Shown here: positions 51,931 through 63,741 of the stretch, piece by piece
Numbering within the stretch: the stretch's first letter is position 1
Layout of the letters: every line of letters starts with the position of its first letter
From: Marsupella aquatica
Taxonomy: Eukaryota; Plantae; Marchantiophyta
Assembly: GCA_973895155.1 (NCBI GenBank)
Contig: OZ316898.1
Span: forward strand, 8,481,079 to 8,545,078
Direction of reading: 5' to 3'
DNA: 64,000 bases
Notes under the pieces: generated by a model
Seen by the model: only the letters and a program-made list of their open reading frames with translations
The model's database searches: none
Told to the model about the DNA's origin: nothing
Program-made: the position numbers and the translations under genes

Positions 51931-52632
51931 GAGGGGGCGGAGAGCCGGAAACCGGCCGCGGTACGCACGGGACCGGAAGCTGCCATCTTGCGAGTGCAGC
52001 CGAACAGAGGAGGTTTGCAACCAGTACACTAGCAAGTCTGATTGTAAATACGACCCTGAGTTGTGACGAAGCCCTTTTCCGCGATCGTGCCAGGCATGGA
52101 GGATTGCCCCCAAATCGAGTTCCCTTATCTTAGTGAGACCGAGCAAGGTGTCCGCCTTTGAACCACTTTTCTCAGTTGAGTGAATTGCGCAAACCCAATT
52201 CAGGTTAACCATTTTGCCTTGAATTTTCTCAGTGACATGTCTTGCGAGTGAGGTGACCAAATTTGGTCCCCGTTTTATTACCGGCGGAAGACCTTGCTTA
52301 GGTGAGTCTCTCAGATGACATGCTCATGTTTGTATTAAATCTCATCCCATCGAGTTTCTCTGAGACCTGATATGAGTAAGCCGACCGAATTGGACCAGCT
52401 TTCCCTGGCAACTGCTGATGTTTCTGAACTTCAATTTCGACTTTCAGTCTCTCTGTGACATTCTTTTCGAGTGAATTAACACAGAATTTGACCACCTTAG
52501 CCGCAGCCAGAAGGGAAAATCTAGGACTCCCTTTCAGATTATGGAGAGGGTGTAATAGTTTATACCAACAAGGCTTTCTCCTTACTCAAACTGGAAAATT
52601 AGCTGCTTGGTTGCTGTTCTAAGCTGTCGTTC

Positions 52633-53078
52633 AAAGAACCTTTCCATTCGGAGCAAGAGGGGGCGATGGCTCCATCTTCTTCTTCTTCTATTCTTGCTCA
52701 TGAACGTCGACATCATCGCTGGACAGCGGAACGGTCTTCACAAGTTCTTTGTACTTGAGAATGTAAAGCATCTCGAGGTAGCGGCGCGTTTCTTGTCGCC
52801 CGAGCTTGGAGACGTACTTCTAGAAGCTATAGACGCCAGCGAGGGTCATCAACCTCTCTGCGTACATCGACTGTATATGCACTCAAGTCCGGCATCTGAA
52901 AGGATCTTCCAGTAGTTCTCTTTGCTCTGGCACCGCTTGAAGAAGTCGACCATCTTCTTGGTCGCCTCGTCGCTGCGGTAAGGATTGATGTGGAATCCTG
53001 ATATCCCGTCTTCAATGATCTTTGCCGGTCCTCCGTGGCAGGTCGCAAACATTGGCAACCCGCACACCATTGCCTCTC
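52633..53078 (-). pseudogene. SUS: Sucrose synthase C-terminal fragment
   Basis: EAMVCGLPMFATCHGGPAKIIEDGISGFHINPY..LECIYSR, small deletion, then [44 protein letters not shown]; no introns within the fragment. Confidence 0.93.
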
Positions 53079-53326
53079 ACAACTTTTAGATGCTTTCTTA
53101 GCAGGGGCAAAACAAAATAATAGTGTTAAGAAATCAATTCCAGATTGTGAGATTGTGTCCATTGTAGATTAGTAATACTCCAGAAAATAGTTGCTTAGTT
53201 CCAAGGCATTATTTTTTACTCACTAGGAGAATGTTCAAAGATGAGATTTGAAGCGACTAAGAAGAGTCACGTACATAGAGTCACCTACATCATCAGCCCC
53301 AACGATTACCCAATTCTTCATTCTAA

Positions 53327-54364
53327 CTAGGTACTGATTTGTGACTTCCAAAGATTCTCTGCAAAATTAGCTTCATGACTAAAAAACACCACTCCAAATC
53401 TAGTCCCAGATGTAATGCTGGAGATTGAGTGTTGTAGAAGGGTTGATCGGAGAAATACCACGTCTCCAGGTTTCAAACCAAATTGAAAACCAAGCTGCGG
53501 AACTTGTAAATATCCACCTTCAAAATCTCCAAATGCTAGGTTTGCAACCCAGCCATCAAGAGCATCATCTTTATCTCTATGGGGACCAGCGTTGAGTTGT
53601 GTATTGATTGCCATCCCTAGAAAACAATTTCAGCTGGTTGTGTGCATCACAGATGCAGCTCCATTCCCAAAAGCATCAAAAAGTGCTTTGTATCTTTCAT
53701 AGTTCTGCCAATCAATACATTCATAAAGTGCTCCAACTGCCTGTGTAATCGGTGTAAATTTGTTTAAAAATGTTGAGACCAAATTCATCTTGTCCCCAAA
53801 ACCAATAATGTGTCGAGACAACACCGCAGAGAAAGTTTTACGACCAATTCCATGCCAAAATGCCAAATGATGAATCCCAGAGTTAAGAGGGATGTGTTTC
53901 CCCTTAAATCTCCCATTTGTGAGCGTTGGACGATTTGGTGGGTACGCTGTCACAAGCTCTTGAAGAGCTTCTAATCCTTGGAAGGTAGGGTCATTCTTGA
54001 AAGGTCTTTGTAGGGCATTTTTCAGAAAGTAGAACAATGGCTTATCATTAGAATCCTTAATGATAATATCTTCACCATGCCACACTGGTAGATCAACAAT
54101 GGAAAAGAATTGATGCTTTTGTTGAATCAAGTCTTCAACAGTGGTGTCGATTTTGTTTACCTGAAATTTTCCCAATAAAAACCTGAAAATCTTCCAAAAC
54201 CTTGGATTCTGCTCCCATTCGTAAGTTGCAGATGTTTTAGGTCGTCTAGAACCTAATCCTTCACATTTCTCAAAGTCTTCATCTCGCTTCCTCTTTCCAG
54301 GTTGCCCTGAAAAATAATCCACATTCTTTCGATCTTCTTTTACTTCTTTCTGGTTTGATTTCAT
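53327..54364 (-). pseudogene. TET/JBP-family 2-oxoglutarate/Fe(II) dioxygenase, ~345 codons, intronless, single in-frame TGA at 53632-53630
   Basis: ORFs 53630-54364 and 53327-53614 are in one frame (HTTS*NCFLGMAINTQLNAGPHRDKDD). HxDxxD, GDFEGGYLQVPQL, PGDVVFLRSTLLQH (distal His) and RFGVVFFSH (R-x5-aromatic-x-H, as in TET2 RISLVFYQH). Confidence 0.85.
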
Positions 54365-54466
54365 TTTTTTTAAATACTTGGTCCTAGTTGAGATGTACAG
54401 TTATACTCCCCTCAACTAGAATGTTAACGCAGTTACGTACACAGGTGACCAAGTATTTAAAAAAAA
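54364..54466. repeat. Perfect 20 bp inverted repeat with a nested 9 bp inverted repeat, abutting the TET/JBP start codon
   Basis: TTTTTTTTAAATACTTGGTC (54364-54383) / GACCAAGTATTTAAAAAAAA (54447-54466); inner CTAGTTGAG / CTCAACTAG. Confidence 0.85.
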
Positions 54467-54559
54467 CTGCAAAGAGAGAATTGAGTGAAGTAAACAAAGA
54501 TTTTGATTGTCCTTATGCGGATTGGATCACGCTAATCTATTCAGAACTCTGCAAAGATA

Positions 54560-54960
54560 AGTGAAAAAGAAAGGCTTTGTCAAAGAACAGATCACATAGC
54601 ACACAAACCAAAATCTATCGACAATTCTGCAAATCTATGTAGATTTCTACACAGCAACTGAAAAGAAAAGTTTTCGTAAAAGAACAGATCATAGAGTCAC
54701 TCCAACCAAAAGATTGTTCGTTGTCAGCCTTTACATAAAAAATGTGCATTAGCCTCTGTAGAGTAAACTTAAAAGCAAATTTTTGCAAAAGAACAGATCA
54801 AAGAGTCACGACCACCAAAAAAAATTGTCCAGATTTCTACACAAATAGTTGAAAAGGAAAGTTTTTGTAAAAGAACAGATTGAAGAGTTACTCAGACCAA
54901 AAGATTAATATTGTTCGTTGTCAGCCTTTGCATATAAAATTGCATTAAACTCTGTAAAGT
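54560..54960 (+). repeat. Degenerate ~95 bp tandem repeats upstream of the TET/JBP ORF
   Basis: AAAGAACAGAT core at ~54582, 54678, 54788 and 54870; TTGTTCGTTGTCAGCCTTT occurs twice. Confidence 0.7.
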
Positions 54961-57900
54961 GCCAGACTTTGTACAGTGTTGGACTTTGCATGAAAGAATG
55001 AATGAAAGACAAGAAACTGACAAGCTTTCTTGGGAACTGATGGTCCACTTAGGGCACAAAAGAAAACTTCTTGGAATAAGCAATATAAGTACTTTGTGAA
55101 ATGGATTCTGAATTGTTTCCTTCAAGCTTTTCACTTGCAGGCTGTGTGGAATCTAGCTTCTCAATAGCCATAGCTATAGATGTCGGCCCCACTGTATTCC
55201 AAGCAACATCCTTGTTGCTTTAATTTGATTCTCTTCCAAGTCTATTACGTCCGTAGTCCTCTCCAATCTGCTAAGCCCTTTTGAATTAGTCCTCTTTGAC
55301 TTTGCTGAACCTTAGAGATGCTAAATGTTTCCAATCCCCGTAGCCATACTAGTGTCTCACATGGCCCCACTATTCTATGGTGTCTGGCCCCACTATTCTA
55401 TGGTGTCTCACACTTATATTTGCCGCACACTGGTTTTTGCTCGCCATCAATAAAGGCTTCACTTTAGACACTTGAGCATTAATAAAACTAGACAGTTGAA
55501 CGCTAATAAAACTAGCCTGATTACCCGTTGAAACCCGTTATTTTACCTTAGATAAAGATGAAGGCAAAATAAAATCTTCCAAAAAAAATTAATTCTATGG
55601 TGTCTCACACTTATATTTGCTGCATCCCGCATTTTGCTCCCCTTGACTTTGTTCTTATTTAAGAGTCCAGTTGTGTCCTTATTTGGAGTTATGGTAAATT
55701 GGATGTAATTTGGATCATCCTCAACCTTCAAATGTTTTTTTTTAATCAATTTTTCAAATGCAAAAACAAATTTTAAGTTTCTGTTTTACTTAAAGATTTG
55801 CATGAGAAGCAAAAGATTTGCATGAGAACATTGTTGAAAACCAAATCAGGGTAAAAACGTTTTTCAGCACAAATACCAACACATGAAAGTTTGATAGTTT
55901 GAAGCGCGCGCTACTCTCATTAATTGTGGTCTGTGCTAGTCTACATTAGGCAGTTCTGTTATCTTCAGCTACACACTCAAGAACTTTGCATGTAACACCC
56001 AAATGTCTAGACCTTTATGAGGCCAGGAAAGGTGAAGTGACAGGTGCGTGTAATTTTTAAGGAGATAAATAAGAATTGCTTTTTTGAAGACAAATGTTAT
56101 GCTATGGAGTAGTTTACAGGGTAAGTCTGCAATCAGTCTACAAGGGCCAGTTACCTTCCAGTTTAAAAGTTCCTTGCTAGTTTAAGGATTTGCGTATAAT
56201 GTTTTCAGGTTCAGGAATTTAGTTCCAATATGCCAGTTATGGACACCTCATTTATTATATTATATTGTCGCCACATATAGGGGTTTCCAAGTACATGGGT
56301 TTGCGTCTGTTCGATTTGTCCACTGACGTTGGAGATCACTCACCTCATTACACACCCCCGTTGGAGATCACTCACCTCATCACTCACCTCTTGAGGTCAG
56401 TTGGGGTGAGCAGCAGGTTCTTGTTATAGGCTGGTTAACTTCTGCGGTTCTGAGTGTTAGTGACCTGATGTGTAGCTCTCATCAACGATTTGCAGCATCG
56501 ATTGCTCTGGTGACCTGATTTGAATGCTGTTGGCTGAGGCGAGTTGAGGCGAGGCAAGGTGAGAGAGGACAAGGAAGGAAAGCAGTGAGCATGTGTCTCA
56601 ACTTTTGCCGCGGAGGTCCGCCAGGCACCATCCAGGACCAGGTTTCCGCTTTGGTTCGATTCGTTCCCTTCTCGAGGGAGTGGGAGTGGCAGAAAGGGTT
56701 GACTGCTGCTTCTCTTTGTTGGACGGGATCCACGCCTGTGTGTCTCCCAGGTAATGCACTGCGTCTCTTATCCCTCTCTTCTCCTTGTGTCTACTCTTTC
56801 AATCTCCTCTATTCTCTACTATACGCCACTGCACACTAATCTCCTTCTGCTAAGGATTTGCTAGGTCAAGTTCAAGTTCCAGGCCACCTTAGATATGGGA
56901 GCTAACTGAGTCAAGCTATTGAGGTCTGCGCGTGAGCAGATCAAGAGAGTGTCTTCCATTTCTACTGGATTAGTAGTCTTGATCAACCAAGATGGCAGGC
57001 TCCCGTATTAATTCGTAGGTTGACCATCGATCCTTATCTAACAGCAAAACTGACAAACTGTGTGCCTCCTGCGTCTAAAGCTATAGCTGCAGTGGAATTG
57101 ATAGTGGCCTTGATGATATTGCCCAAACGCGCGTGTCAATGTGAGCAGACTATTCCTGCAATGCAAGTGTAATATGTCTGGCTACTGTAGAGCTCGAGTA
57201 CACTATTGTAGAGCAGGTCCATTGAAGAATTGATACTTGAATGTGTACAATCTAGAGAATGAATCAGATAAGTAATCATACTAGATTCGTTCTGCGAGTT
57301 GCCACGACATACCTCAATAAGGGCTCCGCATAGGACAAGTATTAAAAAACAAGTAGCTAAGTAAGCGTATAAGAAATTAAGGGAGCTTGCCTACTGACAG
57401 AATGCTTTCTCCTAAGCCTTGAATGAGGGGGAGAGTAATTTAATTGTTATTACAAGGATTGATGGTCAGTTCCAGCCAACCGGTATGAAGTTTTGTCCTA
57501 CAGCTTCAATTCAATGAACTTTGGTTCACATAGTTACATGAGATAAAAAAAACATAGGTTGCCTGATTACCAAAGACTAGCATTGCACTTCAAGCTCCCT
57601 TCCACTCAACGGAGTATATTGTCCTGCAGGTCAGCTTGTCAACAACATTGCAAGGGAGGCACCAATGTGGCATATATTGCACAGGAGGCTATCAACCGGA
57701 CAACTCGTCAAAGAAGCTCTGGTCAAAATGCAAACTATCCCCAGAGTTCTTGAAGATAGGTTAAGACTTTTCCTGGTGCGTAAGTGCGACGATGTCTGCT
57801 TACGCAGAGCTAAATATCCATTTCAGTTTTTTTTTCACTTTAGCACGGTAAAGATTATGAAGAAAGCTCGGGTCCATACATCTCAGCCCCAAGCAACTGT

Positions 57901-58833
57901 CCGCCTGAGAACATCGACGAATCCTTGTGGGAGCCATAAGTCTAAAACTCTAATTCCACTGAACTGATCCGCAAAGTGGAACACCGTGGATTTCTCTTTG
58001 TCACTATCTATTTGGCACCCGATGTAGCTTCTCTGCTCATGATCGAGTTTGCATTTCAATGAGCCGCCAAGGCCCGAGTAGTTCGTAGATGATTGTACGT
58101 AGAAACGGAAGTACTTGTACTGCTAGGCGACGATAATTTACCTCCCCCATGAGAAGTTCTCCAGGAGGTGTAAGGAGAATTCAAAGATGGAGAGCAAGAC
58201 AAGGGGGAAGCGGAACCCAAGCAAATGTTTGAGTCGGGGGATTGCTGGAGTGGCAAGCAAGTAATCAGGCAACTGAGCAGAGTTTAGCGACAGCTAGAAA
58301 GCAGTGGAATGACCGAACAAGACAAAGAAGGAAAAGAAGGAAAGGGAATGAGAACGGAAGGGGCGAAAAGAAGTAGAGCTTTGATTTGTTCGGCGGAGCG
58401 GGGAGTGGCAGGCTAGCAGGTTTGAACAGATTGAAGCAAGCAGGAGCGGGGCAGAGATAGAGCGCATGATGTTTCTTTTTCAATAAACATTATGGAAGAT
58501 TATGTGATCAGCAGATCCTGGATTTTTCATCCCTTGAAACAATGAGTATCATGCTTTGAATTGCAGCCATGCAAGCGAAGACGGATGGTAGCAAACAAAC
58601 TTTAACAAGGAAGCATAGAGAAGGCAAGGAAAGGATAGGACAGAAGTGAGTGTCGTCGGTGGTCTCACAATGTCGCATGGTAGACTGAACGATATCTTCA
58701 TTGCTCTCACCATTTCAGTTTGCTTTTGCGCGCGGCTCAAAGCATGGCCAAGGATGCTAGGGGTTATCGCTATTGTGGACCATTATTTATCGTAACACAG
58801 TTGTACTAAACTTTTGTGGCATTTGGTGTGCAG

Positions 58834-59131
58834 CTCATGGAACTGAATATGCATTTGGAGCTCATGAGCAATCCTCCAGTGGAGTTTTCAAGGTGGAGCC
58901 AAAGAATTGTCCTGGATTTACCGAGGGATTTACTTTTAGAAGTAGAATTAAATATGGTACTACCGACATGACCTCTCAAGCATTTTGAACCTTTATTCAA
59001 ACCTGTGCGGACAATTACAACGGCGACACTTCATCTCATTGTCAGGAACTGCAATCATTTTACCAATGGTATTTGCTACAAATTGACAGGAAAATATATT
59101 CCTTCTTGTGTCAACCAATTGGCTAGAGTAG
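58834..59131 (+). pseudogene. Isolated exon of a PPPDE/DeSI-like peptidase gene
   Basis: AG..GT-bounded HGTEYAFGAHEQSSSGVFKVEPKNCPGF..FRSRIKYGTTD..YNGDT/HLIVRNCNHFTNGICYKLTGKYIPSCVNQLARV, with the catalytic NCNHF motif; one stop and one frameshift. Confidence 0.9.
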
Positions 59132-60337
59132 GTATTCAACTCTCTCTTTCAGTATGAGCAGTCAGAGTGACAAATCCATTGTGCTTGCGTTGACTTGCTT
59201 TCTTGCATTTAGTCTGGGTCACTGGTTAATCTTCGTCCATGCGAACTGCACAGTAGTCATGGCCTTTGGGAATAATTTGTAAAGATCGAATATAAGTTTT
59301 GCCCTGATAGCAGGTTTAGAATCTGACTGTTGTGGGTTCAAATCTACGTCATAGCAGAAATTCCATTTCTCTTGAAATGACTGCAACAAAGTGGCTTTCT
59401 GCTGGGGCTGATCCATGCTAAACGAGATGCCCCTCTTTGGTTTCTCATCTTGGCATCTTGGATTTATTTGTTGAGACCACTATAGTGTCTCTATCGGAAT
59501 ATGATTTGAAATATACATAATCACTTCATTTGTGGTTTGCAGGCCCCAACACAAATTGAGAAGCTGATTGCAGAAAGAAAACTCTATGCTACTGTTCAGC
59601 TTCGTATTCAATCCATCAATATGTAGGATAGGGACCGAGGGGATTCAATCTGTAAGTCAGTCGTAGGAGTGTCAGATCCCCATGTTTTTAGAGCATCTGC
59701 ATACCTAGAAGAGCAAGGGGCATCGTCTCCTCACACCAGCACAATTTCTCACGTACCTTGGACGTGCAAAGTTGTACCTTTGACTTTGCAAACTTGTACG
59801 TGCAAAGTTGTACCTTGGATGTGCAAAGTGTGCAAAGTTGCATTGTGGCCTAGACAAGGATTCTTCCAACACCTTCTTAACAAACTTCAGTAGTGTCCTG
59901 AGATTATGGATTGCAGTCGCAGTCCTAAGAAGTTTGTCTGTTTCCACATGTGCAGTGAGAGGAACAACATGGAGAAGTTGGCGCTTGCTGTTGTCTCACA
60001 TCTGCCTACTTCCATTCTTTACATGCATGATTTAACTGGAGAATGTGGCTCGTCAGCTGCTAAACAGGTGCTAGCTGACATTATGATTGGAGGTATTTCA
60101 TGCCAAGAGACCCTTGTTGACATTTTTATGTTTATGTTGACTTGCGCGCTGTTGTGTAACTATCTCAGTCTCTACTTTGATAAATCCCACTAGTCTGTCG
60201 TTAGGGAGCTGTAAACTATGTTGGATGTTTCAGTTTTAGTGTGTATTTGAGAATTAGTTGATTTGATTTCCTGATTGTTCTGTTGGCTCATTCACTGTGA
60301 TCATGTGTCCAGTGCAGGGGTTTTAGTCACTGAAACA

Positions 60338-63300
60338 ATGATGGTTTATGATTGTGACACTTGTGGGTGTATTGGTTTTAGAAATCCTGGGGCCCTAGCT
60401 TCTCATAAGACAACCAGTCGAGCATGTAAACTTGCAGCTAAATGTCGCAAGGAGAGTAATGATGATGTGAGATCTCAAGTAGGTGTCCAAGAACAACCTT
60501 CTGGTTTTGAACCTCAAATGGCTCATGAATATATTAGCATGATAGATCCATTATATTCTTCTATGAGTACGCCAGTTGCCAATCATGTGGAAGATGTATT
60601 ATGCACTCCAGTAAGTGAATTCTACAAAGCTAGTCAACCAGCAGATCGTTTTGATTCCACATTACACCTTGTAGCCTTCATTCGACAATGTAGGAATACT
60701 ATGGGACTGTCTATGAAAGACACTAGAAGACTATTAAGTCTTCTCTTCCATACAGAGTTCTCACTCACAAACATAGATGTGAAAAATGTGAGTGACCTTG
60801 TCAAGTATGAGAAGAGAATTGCAAGTACTCACACTGTTACATGGAAGCAAGTGATAGTTCGCCCGAAAGGCTTCCATATACCGGAGCTTGTGCTACATTA
60901 TCAAGATCCAGTGGATGTCCTGTGTAGACTGTTTTCGAACGTGAGTAACAAAGAGAATTTTAAAGTTGGTCCATCCCAGCCAGGTCTGACAAGATGTTAC
61001 AGAAGTCCAGACACTGGAGATTGGTGGAGACAAATGCAGGTGAGGACCCTTCAGTCTTCACTGTGCACTTATGTCAGTGAGTTTCGAATGGACTTCAGTC
61101 AACGGTGTACTAACCTTTCATTTTCCTTTGACACAGGATAAAATTGATGAGAAATGTCCTGGTGGAGTCATCGCAGCAATCATACTTTATTCTGATCAAA
61201 CTGGGCTATCAAACAACCAGAGAGTATCTGGTTATCCATTAATGATATCGCTGGCAAATATTGAGTGTGTCGGGAGGCGAGAGGAGTCGGGTAATGCTTT
61301 GCTTGCAATTCTTCCCACGTATGGAGCTTCTGATCCAGACTATACAAATTCTAAGCATCCTACTCGCCTCAAGATCTCTTTACTCCACAAGTGCTTGACC
61401 ATCATATTGGCGCCCTTGAAGGCATTAAGTTACACGTAAGTGACATGCAGTTTTGATGAAGATGCCAGTCTTGATGACACATGTACTCTTATCTATTGAA
61501 ATTCTGAAATTGTATACCTCTAATGCAAACATTCTTTTGTCCAGTGGTTTGCCCTTGGAAGATCCTTGGGGATGTCAAAGATGGGTGTTTCCTCTTCTGT
61601 ATGGATATGTTGGAGATCATCCAGAAACCTGCAAAGTGACTTGCACTTTTGATTCAAATCGCTGCAATTTCCCCTGCAGTGTTTGTGTATGCCCTAAAGA
61701 ACAGCTTAGTGTTGTTACAGTCACACATGAGTATCGTACTCAGAATCAAATGACAAGTGTTTATAATGAGATGGTTATGGCATCTACATGTGTGACTGAT
61801 GAAAGGGCGAAAAGAGAGTCTGTGCATCCTGTCCAGGTATGCTCATTTTGTATGGTGTTGAGTCTGTCAATCTTGTTGCAATGCTTTACCTTTTTACATG
61901 TCTTTTTCTTGTATCCTGACATCACATTAAAGCCGTTGTTTATATCTGCAGTGTGCGCTTTGGGGATTTTTTGGTGGAGAGACCATCTTAGGAAATCCTT
62001 ACAGATCGGTGCATCCAGACAAGATGCACCAGTTTGAGTTAGGTTTGTTCAAAACTTTCATTGGAATTTTGAAAGATATGGCAAGTGAAACTCCTAGAGT
62101 TACTTTTAAACAAAAGCCACTTGAGATCTTGGATGAAAGGATGACAGTGATTGGAGATAACCATCGATATCCAGAGTTCAGATTACTGGCATGCAAAGGA
62201 AGGACAGGCTATTTCACATCTAGTGCAACATTTCAAGCATTCGAGCACAGATCTGTGCTTCAAGTTATCATACCATTGTTATTGGGAGTCTATCCAAATA
62301 CTGTCGTCCAAGTTGCTATTAGCATGTGGAAATGGTATTCTGTTGCTTTCAGGACCAACGAGCATACAGAGGAGACACTTTCTAAAATGGATGCATTAAT
62401 GTCTGAGTAAGTATCTTTTTGATTTACCTTGCTAAAAGACATGTTGGAATCACAAATGATGTTTATGATGAATTCATTTTAACACCAGACTTAATTTTGC
62501 AAGATACTAATGTTCATATTTGGTTGTTCATAGGATGGTGAGGAAATTGATTACTGTTGTAGGGAGATATCAAAAATCAGAGTTTGAGATTGTTAAGATT
62601 CACGCAATGAATCATCTTTCTGACTCCATTAGGAGATCTGGGATTCCGTGTGAATATTCTACCAACCTGTACGAGCATCTGCACATTTTGTTAATGAAAA
62701 TTCCATACCGTGCTAGTAACAAGAAAGATTTTGCAAAGCAAATGACCCGGCATCACCAGAGATTGCTCGCTATTGGCAGAAAGACTTCTACATCCGTCGA
62801 GGTTGAAGTCTCTCATGATAGGGAAACAACCTTGGACAAAGTATGTTTCAAAATGGATGCAAGATGCATGTTGAATTTCATTTGTGCAAGGTTTCCATAA
62901 ACTTTGAACTCATTTGTTGGCCAGGTATAAGCAGCTATTTTGCTGTGATTTGCAGGTGTGAAAACAGGAGAAAATATTCTCATGGGCTCAAGAATTTGCT
63001 TCCAAATGGAATGGCTACAAAGGCTTCCCGAAGACATACCTTCAAGTGGAAGAGAACTGTTACATGCACAACCAGAGATCAAAGCGAATCTGATAATCAC
63101 TCTAGAAACGTACTCTAGAGAAAATGATTTACAGAAGTTGAAGGTACACATTTGTCTTGTGATATTGCATTTATTTAACTACAATTGTCAATGACATCAA
63201 ATATTAAGCTTTTAGACTCTTTGGCTGCACATTAACATATTTATCCTTCCCTCTTGGATGACAGGTACTTGAAGTGAAGAACGGGGTGGCTATCCCAGCA

Positions 63301-63741
63301 GGAGTTGGAGAAAGACTTGCAGACTGGCCTATGATTGCCCGGGCAACACCAGCATTCCATGGGAGTCCATATTTTAGCGATGTGATGATTCAAATGGAGG
63401 CAGAAGGGGATGAACCCTTGACTGAGTATGCGCAAATGAGATTGCTATTTTCGTGTGAAGTCGCTTCAACTAATGGAGATGTTGGGAGGAGAGAACTTGC
63501 TTTGGTAAGGTGGTATGATTGCAGCAAGAGACCAGAAAGAATTACTAGTTGTGTCATCTTCCGACCTGTTTCTGAAATTTTCAATGTGCAGAGCTCAAGA
63601 GATTCTTCCTCTTCAAGGAGACGGCGTAGAGATCCCTATGCCATCATTCCCATTGCCAACATCCTAAAAGCTGTCCAGCTAATTCCGTATTTTGGCATGG
63701 GGGAGCAAAGCCAATTTTTGGTGAATCATTTTAAGTTTTGA
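60338..63741 (+). CDS. Plavaka-type (CMC-related) DDE transposase, 7 exons, ~906 aa
   Basis: Exons 60338-61039, 61137-61435, 61545-61836, 61952-62406, 62534-62840, 62956-63143, 63265-63741. N-terminal CxxC..H..C finger; TGDWWRQMQ; IILYSDQT..YPLMISLANI; YVGDHPE..CSVC; DKMHQFELGLFK; KIHAMNH..IRRSG..STNLYEHLH; RATPAFHGSPYFSDV. One 1-nt phase mismatch at the exon 5/6 junction. Confidence 0.88.

Noticed and set aside
51548-52260. ORFs of 172-199 aa on both strands
   Set aside because: They are open only because of the GC-rich minisatellite and have no recognisable domain. The surrounding 51.5-52.6 kb may be a retroelement remnant, but no termini or TSD could be fixed.
53630-53632. Selenocysteine, RNA editing or an intron rescuing the TET/JBP TGA
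   Set aside because: No SECIS evidence, U-to-C editing is organellar, and no GT-AG intron spans the codon; treated as a nonsense mutation pending read-level checks.
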